Under the pieces are notes generated by a model. That model worked only from the letters and a program-made list of their open reading frames with translations. It was not told the origin of the DNA and ran no database searches. This document shows positions 35,154 through 45,600 of a DNA stretch of 64,000 nt, one piece after another (within the stretch, counting starts at the first letter, position 1; each line of letters begins with the position of its first letter). The position numbers and the translations under genes are program-made. This DNA comes from Thecamonas trahens ATCC 50062. Its lineage: Eukaryota; Protista; Apusomonadida. Location: contig NW_013657644.1 in NCBI RefSeq assembly GCF_000142905.1, positions 1-64,000 of the forward strand, given 5' to 3'.

Positions 35154-35961
35154 GACGGCAGCGGTGGAGGAGGAGGTGGTGGTGGTGGCGGTGATGGTGA
35201 TGGTGGTGGGGGTGGTGGTGGCGGTGGAGGAGGCGGTGGTGACACAGCCACCTGGGTGGGTGGGTGGGTGTGCGGTGAGGGACGAGGAGTGCTGGCCGTG
35301 CTTGTGGTGGGGGGTCTGGAGGCAGACGGACGGAGAGTGGGGGGGGGTGGGGGGGGGGGGGGGGGGGGGGGGGGTCACGCCCTGCCGAGTGCCAGGTCGG
35401 CACCTGCTGTCAAAGTACAGACATCCTCGCAGCCTACCGAGACAATATCAAGCCAGTCTCAACTATGTAAAACATACATAGCCGAAATAGATGATGATAA
35501 CCGTGCTGGCCGTGATGGCCGTGATGGCCGTGCTGGCCGTGATGGCCGTGATGGCTGCCATGATGATGGCGGCGTTGAGGCCCAGCTCGAGGCGGTCTGC
35601 ACAGCAGAGGTACGGATGACAACAGCGAGGAGACAGCCAGCCCAATCGTGGCCATAACCACACATCCCTCCCTATCTCTGCTCACCACCACTGTATCCGC
35701 CAGCCATTCATCCGACACACATGTCATCGTTCCCGTGCGTTGCGTAACAGGCAGTCGCGTTTGCTTGCCACGTCGACCTAAGAAATGCATGTCAGCTACC
35801 GAATCAGCGTGGGCGGGAGACAGAAGGTGGGGATGGGGATGGTGACAGGGATGGGGATACACTTGACTTGATCACCTTTTGCAAGAAGGAGAACCAAGGC
35901 AGGGAAGCGTCACACCAGATAGTCTACCCTCACGCATACGTAACCTGTTGCTACCACCACC

Positions 35962-37763
35962 ATGGCTGCCATTGAAAGCTTTCCCTCGCTCACGGTCGTT
36001 GCCATCGACGGCTTTCTCAAGAAGAAGCCTGTCCTCCTCAACATGGACACTGCCTCGGGTCGCATCTGTCAGCAGATTGACGGAGGCAATGTTGAGGCCA
36101 TGGATGTCTCTGCTGCTTTCAGAGTCAAGAACGCCCCCAACGTTAAGGTCATCGTACGTCGACCCCCCCCCCCCCTCCCCTCCCCCCCCCCTCCCCCCCT
36201 CACGCATCACCTGTACTCATCCTGCTGATGTGCACGACTGGGTGTCTCTCTTTCTCTCTCTCTCTCTCACTCTGTCGGTTTCTCGACACGCGGCTACATC
36301 TGATCTGATGTTTCGCACATCATCAGATGAACGTAAAGGGCAAGTCAAAGGAGGTCGAATACCGGTTCGCCTCGGACAAGCTTGCCGAGCAGGCGTACCT
36401 TGGGTTCCAGGCTGCGCTCAACTTGCGTGAGGTTGAGGGCTACTCGCCGCGCCCGCTCTCGGTCTTTGTTGGAACGATGAACATGGGCGATGCCGCGTGT
36501 ACCGACGATCTCGAGCCGTGGATCCCGCGCAACACGTACGATGTCTACGCCATCGGCGTGCAAGAGTGCGAGTACAAGCCGGCTAACGGCGGGAAGACTG
36601 AGGCCCACTGGTTCTCCCAGGTCGAGACCCATCTCGGCTCGGGCTACGTTCGCGTCTCGGGCGGCTCGCTCTGGTCCATTCGCATCATCGTCCTCATCCG
36701 CGCCGAGCTCCGCGAGTTCCTCTCGGACGTCGCCATCAACTCGGAGGCAACCGGCATCGGCCACGTGGCTGGCAACAAGGGCGGCATCGGCATCTCGTTC
36801 TCGCTCGGTGACTCGTCGTTCTTCTTTGTCACCTCGCACCTCGCCGCCCACCAGGGCGAGGTTGCCAAGCGCAACGCAGACTTTTCCGAAATCATCCAGG
36901 GCCTCTCTAAGCTCTCTGTCCGCAACGTCGACGTCACCTCACTCTACGACCACGTTTTCTGGTTCGGCGACCTCAACTACCGCATCGACCTCGAGCGCGA
37001 TGCCGTCCTCGCCGCGGTCGAGGCCGGCAACCTCGACGAGATCCTTGCCGCCGACCAGCTTGCCGCCGAGATGGCCGCCGGCAACGTCTTTGTCGGCTTC
37101 TCTGAGGCGCCCATCTCGTTCACGCCGACGTACAAGTTTGATCGTGGCTGCCGCGAGTACACCACCACCAAGATGCGCGTCCCGTCGTACACCGACCGTA
37201 TCCTTTGGAAGACCGCGCCGCACATCGAGCTCTCGGCCACCGCCTATGACGCCGCCCACGACATCACCACCTCGGACCACTCGCCTGTCTGGGCCGCCTT
37301 TGACACCCAGATGCTCCTCCCGTTCCGGTCCGCAGTCTGGGACGAGGCCTTTGACTCCCGCGGCATCGTCCGCATCCGCAACCTCTGCGGCGACAACCTT
37401 CGCTCCATGGACCTCAACGGATACTCGGACCCGTATGTCATCTTCTTTGGCCGCGCCGTCGACTCGATCCAGACCCCAACCATCAAGAAGACGCTCCACC
37501 CGACTTGGGCCGACAACCCCGACGAGCCGTTCAACATGTCGCTCGTCATCAACGAGCCCGACTACATCGAGCACCAGTCCATCATCGCTCTTGTCATGGA
37601 TGAGGACAAGATGTCCAAGGATGACCCCCTCGGCCAGGCCTGGATCCCGCTCGCTCCCGGCATCGGCGGGCCGCACGAGTTTACCGTCCAGCTCACCGCA
37701 AACGGCCGCCCGGCTGGCTCCCTCTCCGGCACCATCGAAGTCGACCTCGACGCCATGGTCTGA
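35962..37763 (+). CDS. Inositol polyphosphate 5-phosphatase with N-terminal PH-like and C-terminal C2 domains (SHIP-like core); exons 35962-36153 and 36327-37763
   Basis: GNKGG, SHLAAH, WFGDLNYRI, PSYTDRILW and TSDHSPV. C2 motifs MDLNGYSDPYV...KTLHPTW...DEDKMSKDDPLG. Phase-0 intron GTACGT...CAG. Confidence 0.92.
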
Positions 37764-37840
37764 TCCTCATCACGTGGAAATACTTGCACACACTCTTGTT
37801 CTTCCTCTGCTCTTCATTGCGTCTGCTCTCTCTCTCTCTC

Positions 37841-38320
37841 TCACGGTGCCTTCACCTTGGGCTGGGTCTCCCGCTCCTCAAACGCATGCTGCGCCACTGC
37901 ATCCATCCCTGATCGCAGCTGCGCCTCGTAGTTGATGTCGTCCATGTTGTCCACGCCACGCACCGCCTTGTTGGCCTTGACATCGCCTCGGGCCGTCGCG
38001 TCCTTCATCGTATCGGATCCAGTCTTCGGGTTCGGCATCTTCAGATTGTTTCTCTTCTAGCTTATTCTTGCTTGTTGGTGATTGTTCACGGTTGCGCTTT
38101 ATCTCCTTCTGATTCCCCTCTCTGCTCACCTGCTCTTTATGTTGGTGCGCGGCTGCGCCGGAGTCATCCATCACGCTAGCCGTCACGGTGACGTCCAATG
38201 TTCACGAACAATTGCCTTCTCCACCCCCCCCCCCCCCCACTCCGTGCCCTCACACACTACATCGGCTTCATAGACGTCTTAGCCATGGCTTGGATCGGTT
38301 CTGGGCTCCTGAGTAAAAGA
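37841..38320 (-). CDS. Possible 3' end of a hypothetical gene running out of the N-gap
   Basis: Charged, coding-like short ORFs (37841-38038 and 37878-38198) in different frames, convergent with the 5-phosphatase. Confidence 0.3.
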
Positions 38321-38831
38321 NNNNNNNNNNNNNNNNNNNNNNNNNNNNNNNNNNNNNNNNNNNNNNNNNNNNNNNNNNNNNNNNNNNNNNNNNNNNNNNN
38401 NNNNNNNNNNNNNNNNNNNNNNNNNNNNNNNNNNNNNNNNNNNNNNNNNNNNNNNNNNNNNNNNNNNNNNNNNNNNNNNNNNNNNNNNNNNNNNNNNNNN
38501 NNNNNNNNNNNNNNNNNNNNNNNNNNNNNNNNNNNNNNNNNNNNNNNNNNNNNNNNNNNNNNNNNNNNNNNNNNNNNNNNNNNNNNNNNNNNNNNNNNNN
38601 NNNNNNNNNNNNNNNNNNNNNNNNNNNNNNNNNNNNNNNNNNNNNNNNNNNNNNNNNNNNNNNNNNNNNNNNNNNNNNNNNNNNNNNNNNNNNNNNNNNN
38701 NNNNNNNNNNNNNNNNNNNACACCCCCACCACACACACAGCCAGCTAACCAAGCGAACCGTGCGAAGACTGGTGGAGAAGCGGCTACAGCTGCCGGCCAA
38801 CTCGCTCGACAACTCGACTGACAAGCAGGCC

Positions 38832-39395
38832 ATGTCCGACATTGTGGTCGATATCCTCTCGGCTTCGGCTACCCAGCCGACCGCGGCAACCGCGGCCATC
38901 TCCGCGGCAACAACCACGCCCGCCTCCGCGGCAACAACCGCCCCCGCCACCGCCCCTACTTCGCTGACCCTTTCCGCCCCGTCTACCACTGCTGCTCCTC
39001 CAGACGACGACAATGACGACTTTACGTCGACGGCGCCGGCCGTCAAGGCCGATCCGGCGCAGGGCAAGCGGAAGGCGCGCGCAATGGCGGCTGGCAAGGC
39101 CGACAAGGCGACAAAGAAGGCAAAGGCGTTGGATGGCTCGGCTGTAGTTGCCCGCGTTGCGGTCGAGGAGAGGCAGCTGTGGCAGCTGGGATCGACAGGT
39201 AACGTCCGTGTCGACGTCACAAAGTTCCGCTCCCGCAAGTACGTCGACGTCCGGAAGTGGTACAAGAAGAAGGGCACCGGCGAGATGTGCAGAACCCAGA
39301 AGGGCATCATGCTTGCCCCCGACCAGTGGGACAAGCTTAAGCTCTTGTTCCCCACACTCAAGGCCGCTTTTGCAGCCGCGCGCGACTCCTCCTAA
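38832..39395 (+). CDS. SUB1: Transcriptional coactivator PC4/Sub1 family
   Basis: VRVDVTKFRSRKYVDVRKWY...KGIMLAPDQWDKL matches the PC4 domain. Confidence 0.88.
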   Translation: MSDIVVDILSASATQPTAATAAISAATTTPASAATTAPATAPTSLTLSAPSTTAAPPDDDNDDFTSTAPAVKADPAQGKRKARAMAAGKADKATKKAKALDGSAVVARVAVEERQLWQLGSTGNVRVDVTKFRSRKYVDVRKWYKKKGTGEMCRTQKGIMLAPDQWDKLKLLFPTLKAAFAAARDSS

Positions 39396-39417
39396 TGCAC
39401 CACCCCATCGGTAACAA

Positions 39418-40425
39418 TTACTTCTTGCCTTTGCCCTTGCCCTTGCCCTTGCCCTTGCCCTTGCTCTTGGTCTTGCCTTTGCCCTTGCTCTTGCCCTTTT
39501 CCTTTCTCTTGCTCTTGCCCTTGCCCTTGCCCTTGCCCCTCTCCCGATGCGACTTGCGGCTGCGCCGCCCTCCATCATCCCCAGTCACCGATGGCGTCCC
39601 GGGCCTGCTCCCCGCCACGCTCGCAGCCTCGCCTCCGTCCTTTGCAGGTCCATCCGCTCTTGCCGCTGACATGGATAGCGCTGCCTCGGTCCGCGCTCGC
39701 TGGGCTGCCACCGCCGCCAGTCGTGTCCCCTGCGCCGGTACAAACTTGCTCCCTCCGTCAGCCCTGTACGCCAGCGTGTACTTTGCCCGCGCCTTGACCC
39801 GGTCATTCGTCTGCTTCTCCAGCGGCGCATCAACATTGGCAAGGCCGACTGGTGTTCCGTTTGAGGCCAACACGTCAAGCGCAGCGCCGGGAGGTAAGAC
39901 CCCGCCTCCGGCCTCGTGCAAGTTGCGCAACGACCCGAGAAACGCCGCCACCGTGCACTGAAGCGACATCATCTTGAACCCGCCCGCCTCTCCCTTTGCC
40001 TTTCCCGGCGACGCCGGGCCCATCGTCTTTCTCCCACGCCTCCGCCCGTTTCCGCGTCCACGCCCCCCTCTCCGCCCGCGCCCCGTCGACCTCTGCAGTG
40101 ACGGCGAGACTGAGACCGATCGGCCCCCCGCCCCCCTATTAGAGCCCGTGCCACCACTCTCCGAGCCCCCACTCGCCGAGTCCAAGCCCGATCCTCGCGA
40201 GTCTGTGCCCGAGTCATATCTCCTTCCCTCTTCTGGTCTTGATCTCGATCTCGATCTCGATCCCGATCCCGATCCTGATCCCGATCCTGATCCCGATCCC
40301 GTTCCCGGTCCTGAGCCGGAGCCCGCCCGGGCACCAGCCTCGCGCTCCGGACGCGACCGCTTGCTCTTTCTCGAGCAGCTTCGGCTCCGCTCAGCGCCTC
40401 CATAGTCGACAAACACAAACGACAT
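39418..40425 (-). CDS. Hypothetical basic low-complexity protein (GS/RS repeats, KG-repeat tail)
   Basis: 335-aa ORF with a small globular-looking core. Start uncertain. Confidence 0.55.
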   Translation of the reverse strand: MSFVFVDYGGAERSRSCSRKSKRSRPEREAGARAGSGSGPGTGSGSGSGSGSGSGSRSRSRSRPEEGRRYDSGTDSRGSGLDSASGGSESGGTGSNRGAGGRSVSVSPSLQRSTGRGRRGGRGRGNGRRRGRKTMGPASPGKAKGEAGGFKMMSLQCTVAAFLGSLRNLHEAGGGVLPPGAALDVLASNGTPVGLANVDAPLEKQTNDRVKARAKYTLAYRADGGSKFVPAQGTRLAAVAAQRARTEAALSMSAARADGPAKDGGEAASVAGSRPGTPSVTGDDGGRRSRKSHRERGKGKGKGKSKRKEKGKSKGKGKTKSKGKGKGKGKGKGKK

Positions 40426-40599
40426 GCTTCACGTCCACCTCCTCTGCACCACAATCTTAGCTCTTGCCCACCAACCTGAGACCAACCTCGTCCGAGCTCG
40501 GTCTTGGAGTTGGCTGCTGTCGGTTAACGCCAACGTGTCACACAACCCGAGTCGACCACCAAAGCATCGCGCTGCATTGTCTCTGTTTACGACCTGCCT

Positions 40600-42020
40600 T
40601 TAGCCTCGCGTGGTGTCGCGGATGCCTTTGAGGAATGGCATGATCGACGTTCCGCCGGTTCCCTTCTCTGACGATGGCCGCGCAGGCGATTGCTGCAGGA
40701 TGTACCGCGCCACAATTTGAATGTGCCGGTTGCGGAAGAGGGCGAGCGCCTCACGGCACGCCAGGTACATCTGAAGCACTGCCGGCTCGCCGCACGCGTG
40801 TGCGTACTCGCGGAGTGACGGTCCGTGCCAAAGCGCGTCGATGAGTCGCGCGTGCGGCCGAGGCATGTGCGCCACCATCGCGTCGAGAAACGCCGACTCG
40901 TGCTCAATGTCCAGCCCAGCATCAAGCGCTTGGATGAGCGACGACTGCGCTGCAGACGCCCCGTTGAACTTGCCCACAAACGATGGCGTCGCCGACCCGG
41001 ATGCCGCTGCCACACGCTCCGGCCGCGTCGCGGTGTGGTCAAAGTCGGGCGTGACGCCGGCGTACGTCAGCCCGTTCGGCAGCTCGCTGTTGCCGGCCCA
41101 CCCCGCCAGAAACAACCTGATCCGCGAGTAGAAGACCGCTGGCATGCACCGCTCCGGCAGCCGAGCCAGTGCATCGTCCATCGCCAGCACCGCCGCCAGC
41201 ACTCGCTGCAGTGCGTTGAGCACCATTTCCGGCTCGCCGAGCACCACGCCGTGCATGCCCTCCACAAGTCCCACCAGCGCAGGCGCACCGGCGCCCTCCA
41301 CTCCCAGTGCAGCAGTGTAAAACCAGGCCTCGTCCATTCCACCCAGAAACAGCGAGTTCATGCCGAGGTTGTCCACCACCGCGCCCTTGTCCTCGTCGAT
41401 CTCGTGATAGTTGGCCAGCGCAATGCTCGAGTGGGTGATGACCGGCGGTCGGCCCACCATCGCCGCCACCTGGCACCACGGAACCGCGAGTTGAGGCGGG
41501 AGCTCGTCCACCGGCTTCCCGCCCACCACCGTGTCCTGAAACACATACCCGTGCGCGAGGAGGCCAAGGACTAGAAACGCCCGCTCCAGCACCCTCGGCG
41601 AAGCGCCTGCCAGCACCTCACTCGCGTCCACCAGCGGGAGTCTCTCCATGGACTCGCGATGATCCCAGTCAGCAGCCGATCGTTGAGCTCATCTACCGCA
41701 CCCTCCCACCCTTGTGCCCACTCGGCCTCCAGCCGCTTCATCGGCGCCGTTGCCCGCAGAAAGCCTCTTGTCGGCGAGACATCATGATCCGTCAGCGCAG
41801 GCACTTTGTTCCCTCGCTTTCCGCCCTTCTTCCTCCTTCCCCGCACACCAACCGTCCCCGCCTCGCCACTTCTGCCCATCGTCGCCTTTCCCATCCCCTC
41901 TCCGCTTCCCCACCAGCTCGTCGTCATCCGCCTCAGCGCCCACATGGCCACCAACGCTCCGCATGCTCCGCCCACTGCCACAGCCACAGCCTTCTGCGAC
42001 ACGCTCACTCGCACTTGCAT
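40600..42020 (-). CDS. IDO: Indoleamine 2,3-dioxygenase (1-nt frameshift near 41657)
   Basis: VSPTRGFL, RAFLVLGLLAHGYV, LPPQLAVPW, DEAWFY, FYSRIRLFLAGW, GASAAQSS, HMPRPH, FRNRHIQIVARYI and GTGGT. The N-terminal part is in ORF 41571-42095. Confidence 0.92.
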
Positions 42021-42667
42021 ATATAGATATATGTATATGCCTCGCGACTCGCAGTCACAAGAGTCACGTGTGGTGCTCTCCCAACTACCGGCCATCGCGA
42101 CAGGTCAGCGAGCACGGACGCTGGCCGCAGGAGACCATTCGGCAACATATCATGCCCGCATCAACAGCAATGATAGCTCAACCTGTCGCTCGATCTGCAC
42201 CGAGACATTGTTCCCCCCCACCACCACCGCCACCACCACCACTACTTAGTTCTCCTCATCACAACCTCTGTCCCAGCCACTTGCTGGCTAGCCCGTACTG
42301 TCTTTTCCCAGCATGTACCCCACATCCGAGACAAAGCAACTGTGGTGGCAAAGAGCAGGCAATTTTTTCTCGTTCCACCCCCCCCCCCCCCCCGTCCCCT
42401 CCTCTCCTCCCAATCTCCTCCCTCCGAACCAATTTGCGCACGTGAGCTGTCGGGAATGTCGGGAAAAAAGCCGCAGTCCGCCCACTCGACGCGGCTAGTA
42501 CCCTCTTCCGCTCCCCCCCCCCCCCCCTCCCGGCCACCCATCCACAGCCTACACCCCCACCCCACCATCTCCACCACCCGCACCACCCTCTTCTCCACCC
42601 TCTCTACCACGGATTTCCCCCTCTTCTTTTATTTTTTCCGTATTTCCTCGCCTTGCTGCCCCCTACC

Positions 42668-45600
42668 ATGACCTCGTTTGTTCCATGCGTCGTGGTGGTG
42701 TTGATGGCAACGACCTTGGTCGTCACCCACCCCACAGTCATGGCAGCAAGCCTGCCTATCTGCTCCACCTCTGCTGCTTCCACACATACGAATGCGCAAG
42801 CAAATCCGTGGACGGTCGGGCTTGTGTTTGAGTACACCTCGCCGGACGCTTACTCTATGGCCTCTCTCTGTGGCGCTACCTTTGGCTGGGTGGGTGACCC
42901 GGGCACGGTCACCTACGCGCTCTACGAGTCGCCAACGCTTACTCTCACAGACTTTGTCAAAGTCTCGGCCGACTTTGTCGGTTCGGCTCCGCTTGTGGCT
43001 GGTCAGGAGTATGCTGTCGGTGATACAACGGCAGAGGCCAACTTTGCTCAGCCGCTTCCGCTCACACCCGGCAAGTATTATGCTCTCCTCGTCGCCTCCA
43101 GCAACGCGGTCACTTTCCCCCGCTCCCAAGGTGCTGTTCCTATCTCGACTTGCTCCTCCTCGCTCAACCTCCTCCAGCTACTCAAGAGCGATCTTGGGAC
43201 TCTTCCGGCCTCGCTCTCAGCCTTTTCCGTCAACGTCAACGCCGTGCCCATCGGCCGCATCTCCATCTGCCCCGCCTGCCTCCCACAGCCGTCTCCGCCG
43301 ACAAACGGTGCCGTCTCGACAACTGCTGTCACTCCTGCCCGCATGATCAACGGTGACAGTGCTACCTATACTTGCAACGCCGGATTCATGATCTCCGGCT
43401 CGCCTTCCCGCTCCTGTACTGACACTGTGTACTCGGGCCCAGAGCCGACCTGTGTCGTCGCCTCCTCGCCGCCGCCGCCCCCTTCACCTCCTCCACCGTC
43501 TCCCTCGCCGCCGCCGCCGTCTCCCTCGCCGCCGCCGCCCTCGCCGCCGCCGCCCTCGCCGCCGCCGCCCTCGCCGCCGCCGCCCTCGCCGCCGCCCTCG
43601 CCGCCGTCTCCTTCGCCTCCTCCCCCCTCGCCGCCACCACCCCCTACCCTTCTTCCGGCTCCCACTATCACGGCAGTCATTGCTCACGATCCGTCTTCCT
43701 CCGACACCAGCCTCGGGCCGGGTGACATCTTGACCATCGTCTTCTCCGAGCCGACCAACACCCCGCCGCTGTCTTCCGCTGGCCTTCTCGACTCGGCGCT
43801 GACCTGCTCGCGAACGCCAGATACCCCTCCGGTTGCCCTCTCGGCGTGCCTCGGAGCCTCGCTCTCGGGCGTTTGGTCTGCTGACAGCACCACACTCACC
43901 ATCACCATTGTATCGTCGCCGCCGCCCCTTGCCGACATCCCGCGTCCGGGCGCCGCTGTCTTTACTCCGACAGGCGGCCTCGCCATCCGCAACTCTGCGC
44001 TCACCTCGGCCGCCGCTGCTGTACCTTCGCCAGTCCTCTCGGGCTCGTGGGGCGCGGCGTCGGCCGAAGTCACGCTCATTGTCGAGGGCTCTGGCGGCGC
44101 AGCGCTGACTACGGCTGACGTCGCCGAGGGCGACTCGCTCATCATCCTTGTCCAGCTCTCGCTCCCGCCGGCTGCTGACGTCACCGTCGACTTTCGTCTC
44201 GACGACGCTCTACCGGGCGCGCCGCGCCCGCCGCATGCCTCACTCTCTGCCACTTTGCTCACCTTCACCCCGTCGAACTACAACAGGTTTCAGAAGCTGA
44301 CACTCGCTGCTGCTCCTGACGCCTACGCCGACGAGGGCGATGCGACGCTCCAACTCGTACTTGTCTCGGTTGCATCGGCCGATCCGGTTTTCGCTGCCGC
44401 AGTGCCTGCTGAAGGCTTGTTGTACCCCATTACGGTTGCTGACACCACGCCACAAGGCCTCGCCTTTTCGAGCCTTGGCTACGCGGCAGGCCACGCTGAG
44501 CCTGTGGTTCCGCCGACCACGCCGCTTCCGCCGACCGCCTCCGGTCTCCTCCGCCTCTCGCAGATTGGCAATCTGGTGTGTGGCCGTGTCCATCTCCGCT
44601 CTTTTCCGTGGAAGGCGACCAGGACCGGGGACCAGGCCCGTGTTGTTGTCTCGCTCTCGACGAGCGCTCCCGATCTTGTGTCCGTCCTCACTCGTGCCAC
44701 GCCGGCCGAGTACCCAGCCCCGCCGGCGAAGACCACCCGCACCAGCCTGCAGTTGCTGCCGGGCACCAGTGGACCATCGACCACATTTGTGCTTGGTGCC
44801 CGTGCTGAGGCTTCGGTTGTATTCGATGCCCTCGCCGGTGGCGAGTTCTGCCTTGTGGCTCGTGCCGACGTTGCGCTCGCAGCTTCCACTTTGGTGACAC
44901 TCCAAGCCGTTGTCCTCGCCGAGCACACCACTGCCGCCGGCTTCCCGTCGACACTGACTGCCGAGCATGAGCTGGCACTTGTTGCCGTTGCCTGGCCCGT
45001 CGTGACCACCACCGCGCCACTGGTTGCGACCCGTGCTGGCTCGCCGGTTGCCCTCAAGGGCTCTGGCTTGACGGCCGGCCTCGAGATCGCGGTCGCATCG
45101 CAGCTCGCGCCGCCAGCCCAGGCCAACATCACGGCTTCGGAAAGCGGCGACCTGCTGCGACTGGTCACGCCACCGGTGGCAGACGAGGGCTACCTGGAGC
45201 TGACGCTCCGCGACCCGGTCACAGGTGCGTCTGTCACTTTCCCAGACCTGTTCTTTACGAACGACTGCCCGTATGAGGGCAGCTATGGGATTGGTGACGA
45301 CTGTCGGTCTTGCCCAGACGGCGCATTCTGCCCTGGCGGCAACCGGTTGTGGCCGAACGAGGGCTTCTGGGCCGCTGCGGAGGACGCTGGCTACATCCAG
45401 CCATGCTCGCATCCGGCGCGCCGGTGTGCGGGCGGGCGGCGGTCCGAGTGCTCGCCGGGCTACTCCGGCCCATCGTGCGCGGTCTGTACTTCTGGCTACT
45501 ATCGAGTCGGGCCATCGTGTGTGGCATGCTCGTCGTCGTCGGCAGTCTTTATGGTCCTTGTGGCTGCCAACCTAGTCTTCTGCGGTCTCCTGGTCTGCGC

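Noticed and set aside
35501-35556. 9-nt tandem repeat G(C/A)TGGCCGT, and a similar GCGACGGCT repeat at ~62800
   Set aside because: These are ordinary short tandem repeats with no evidence of function.
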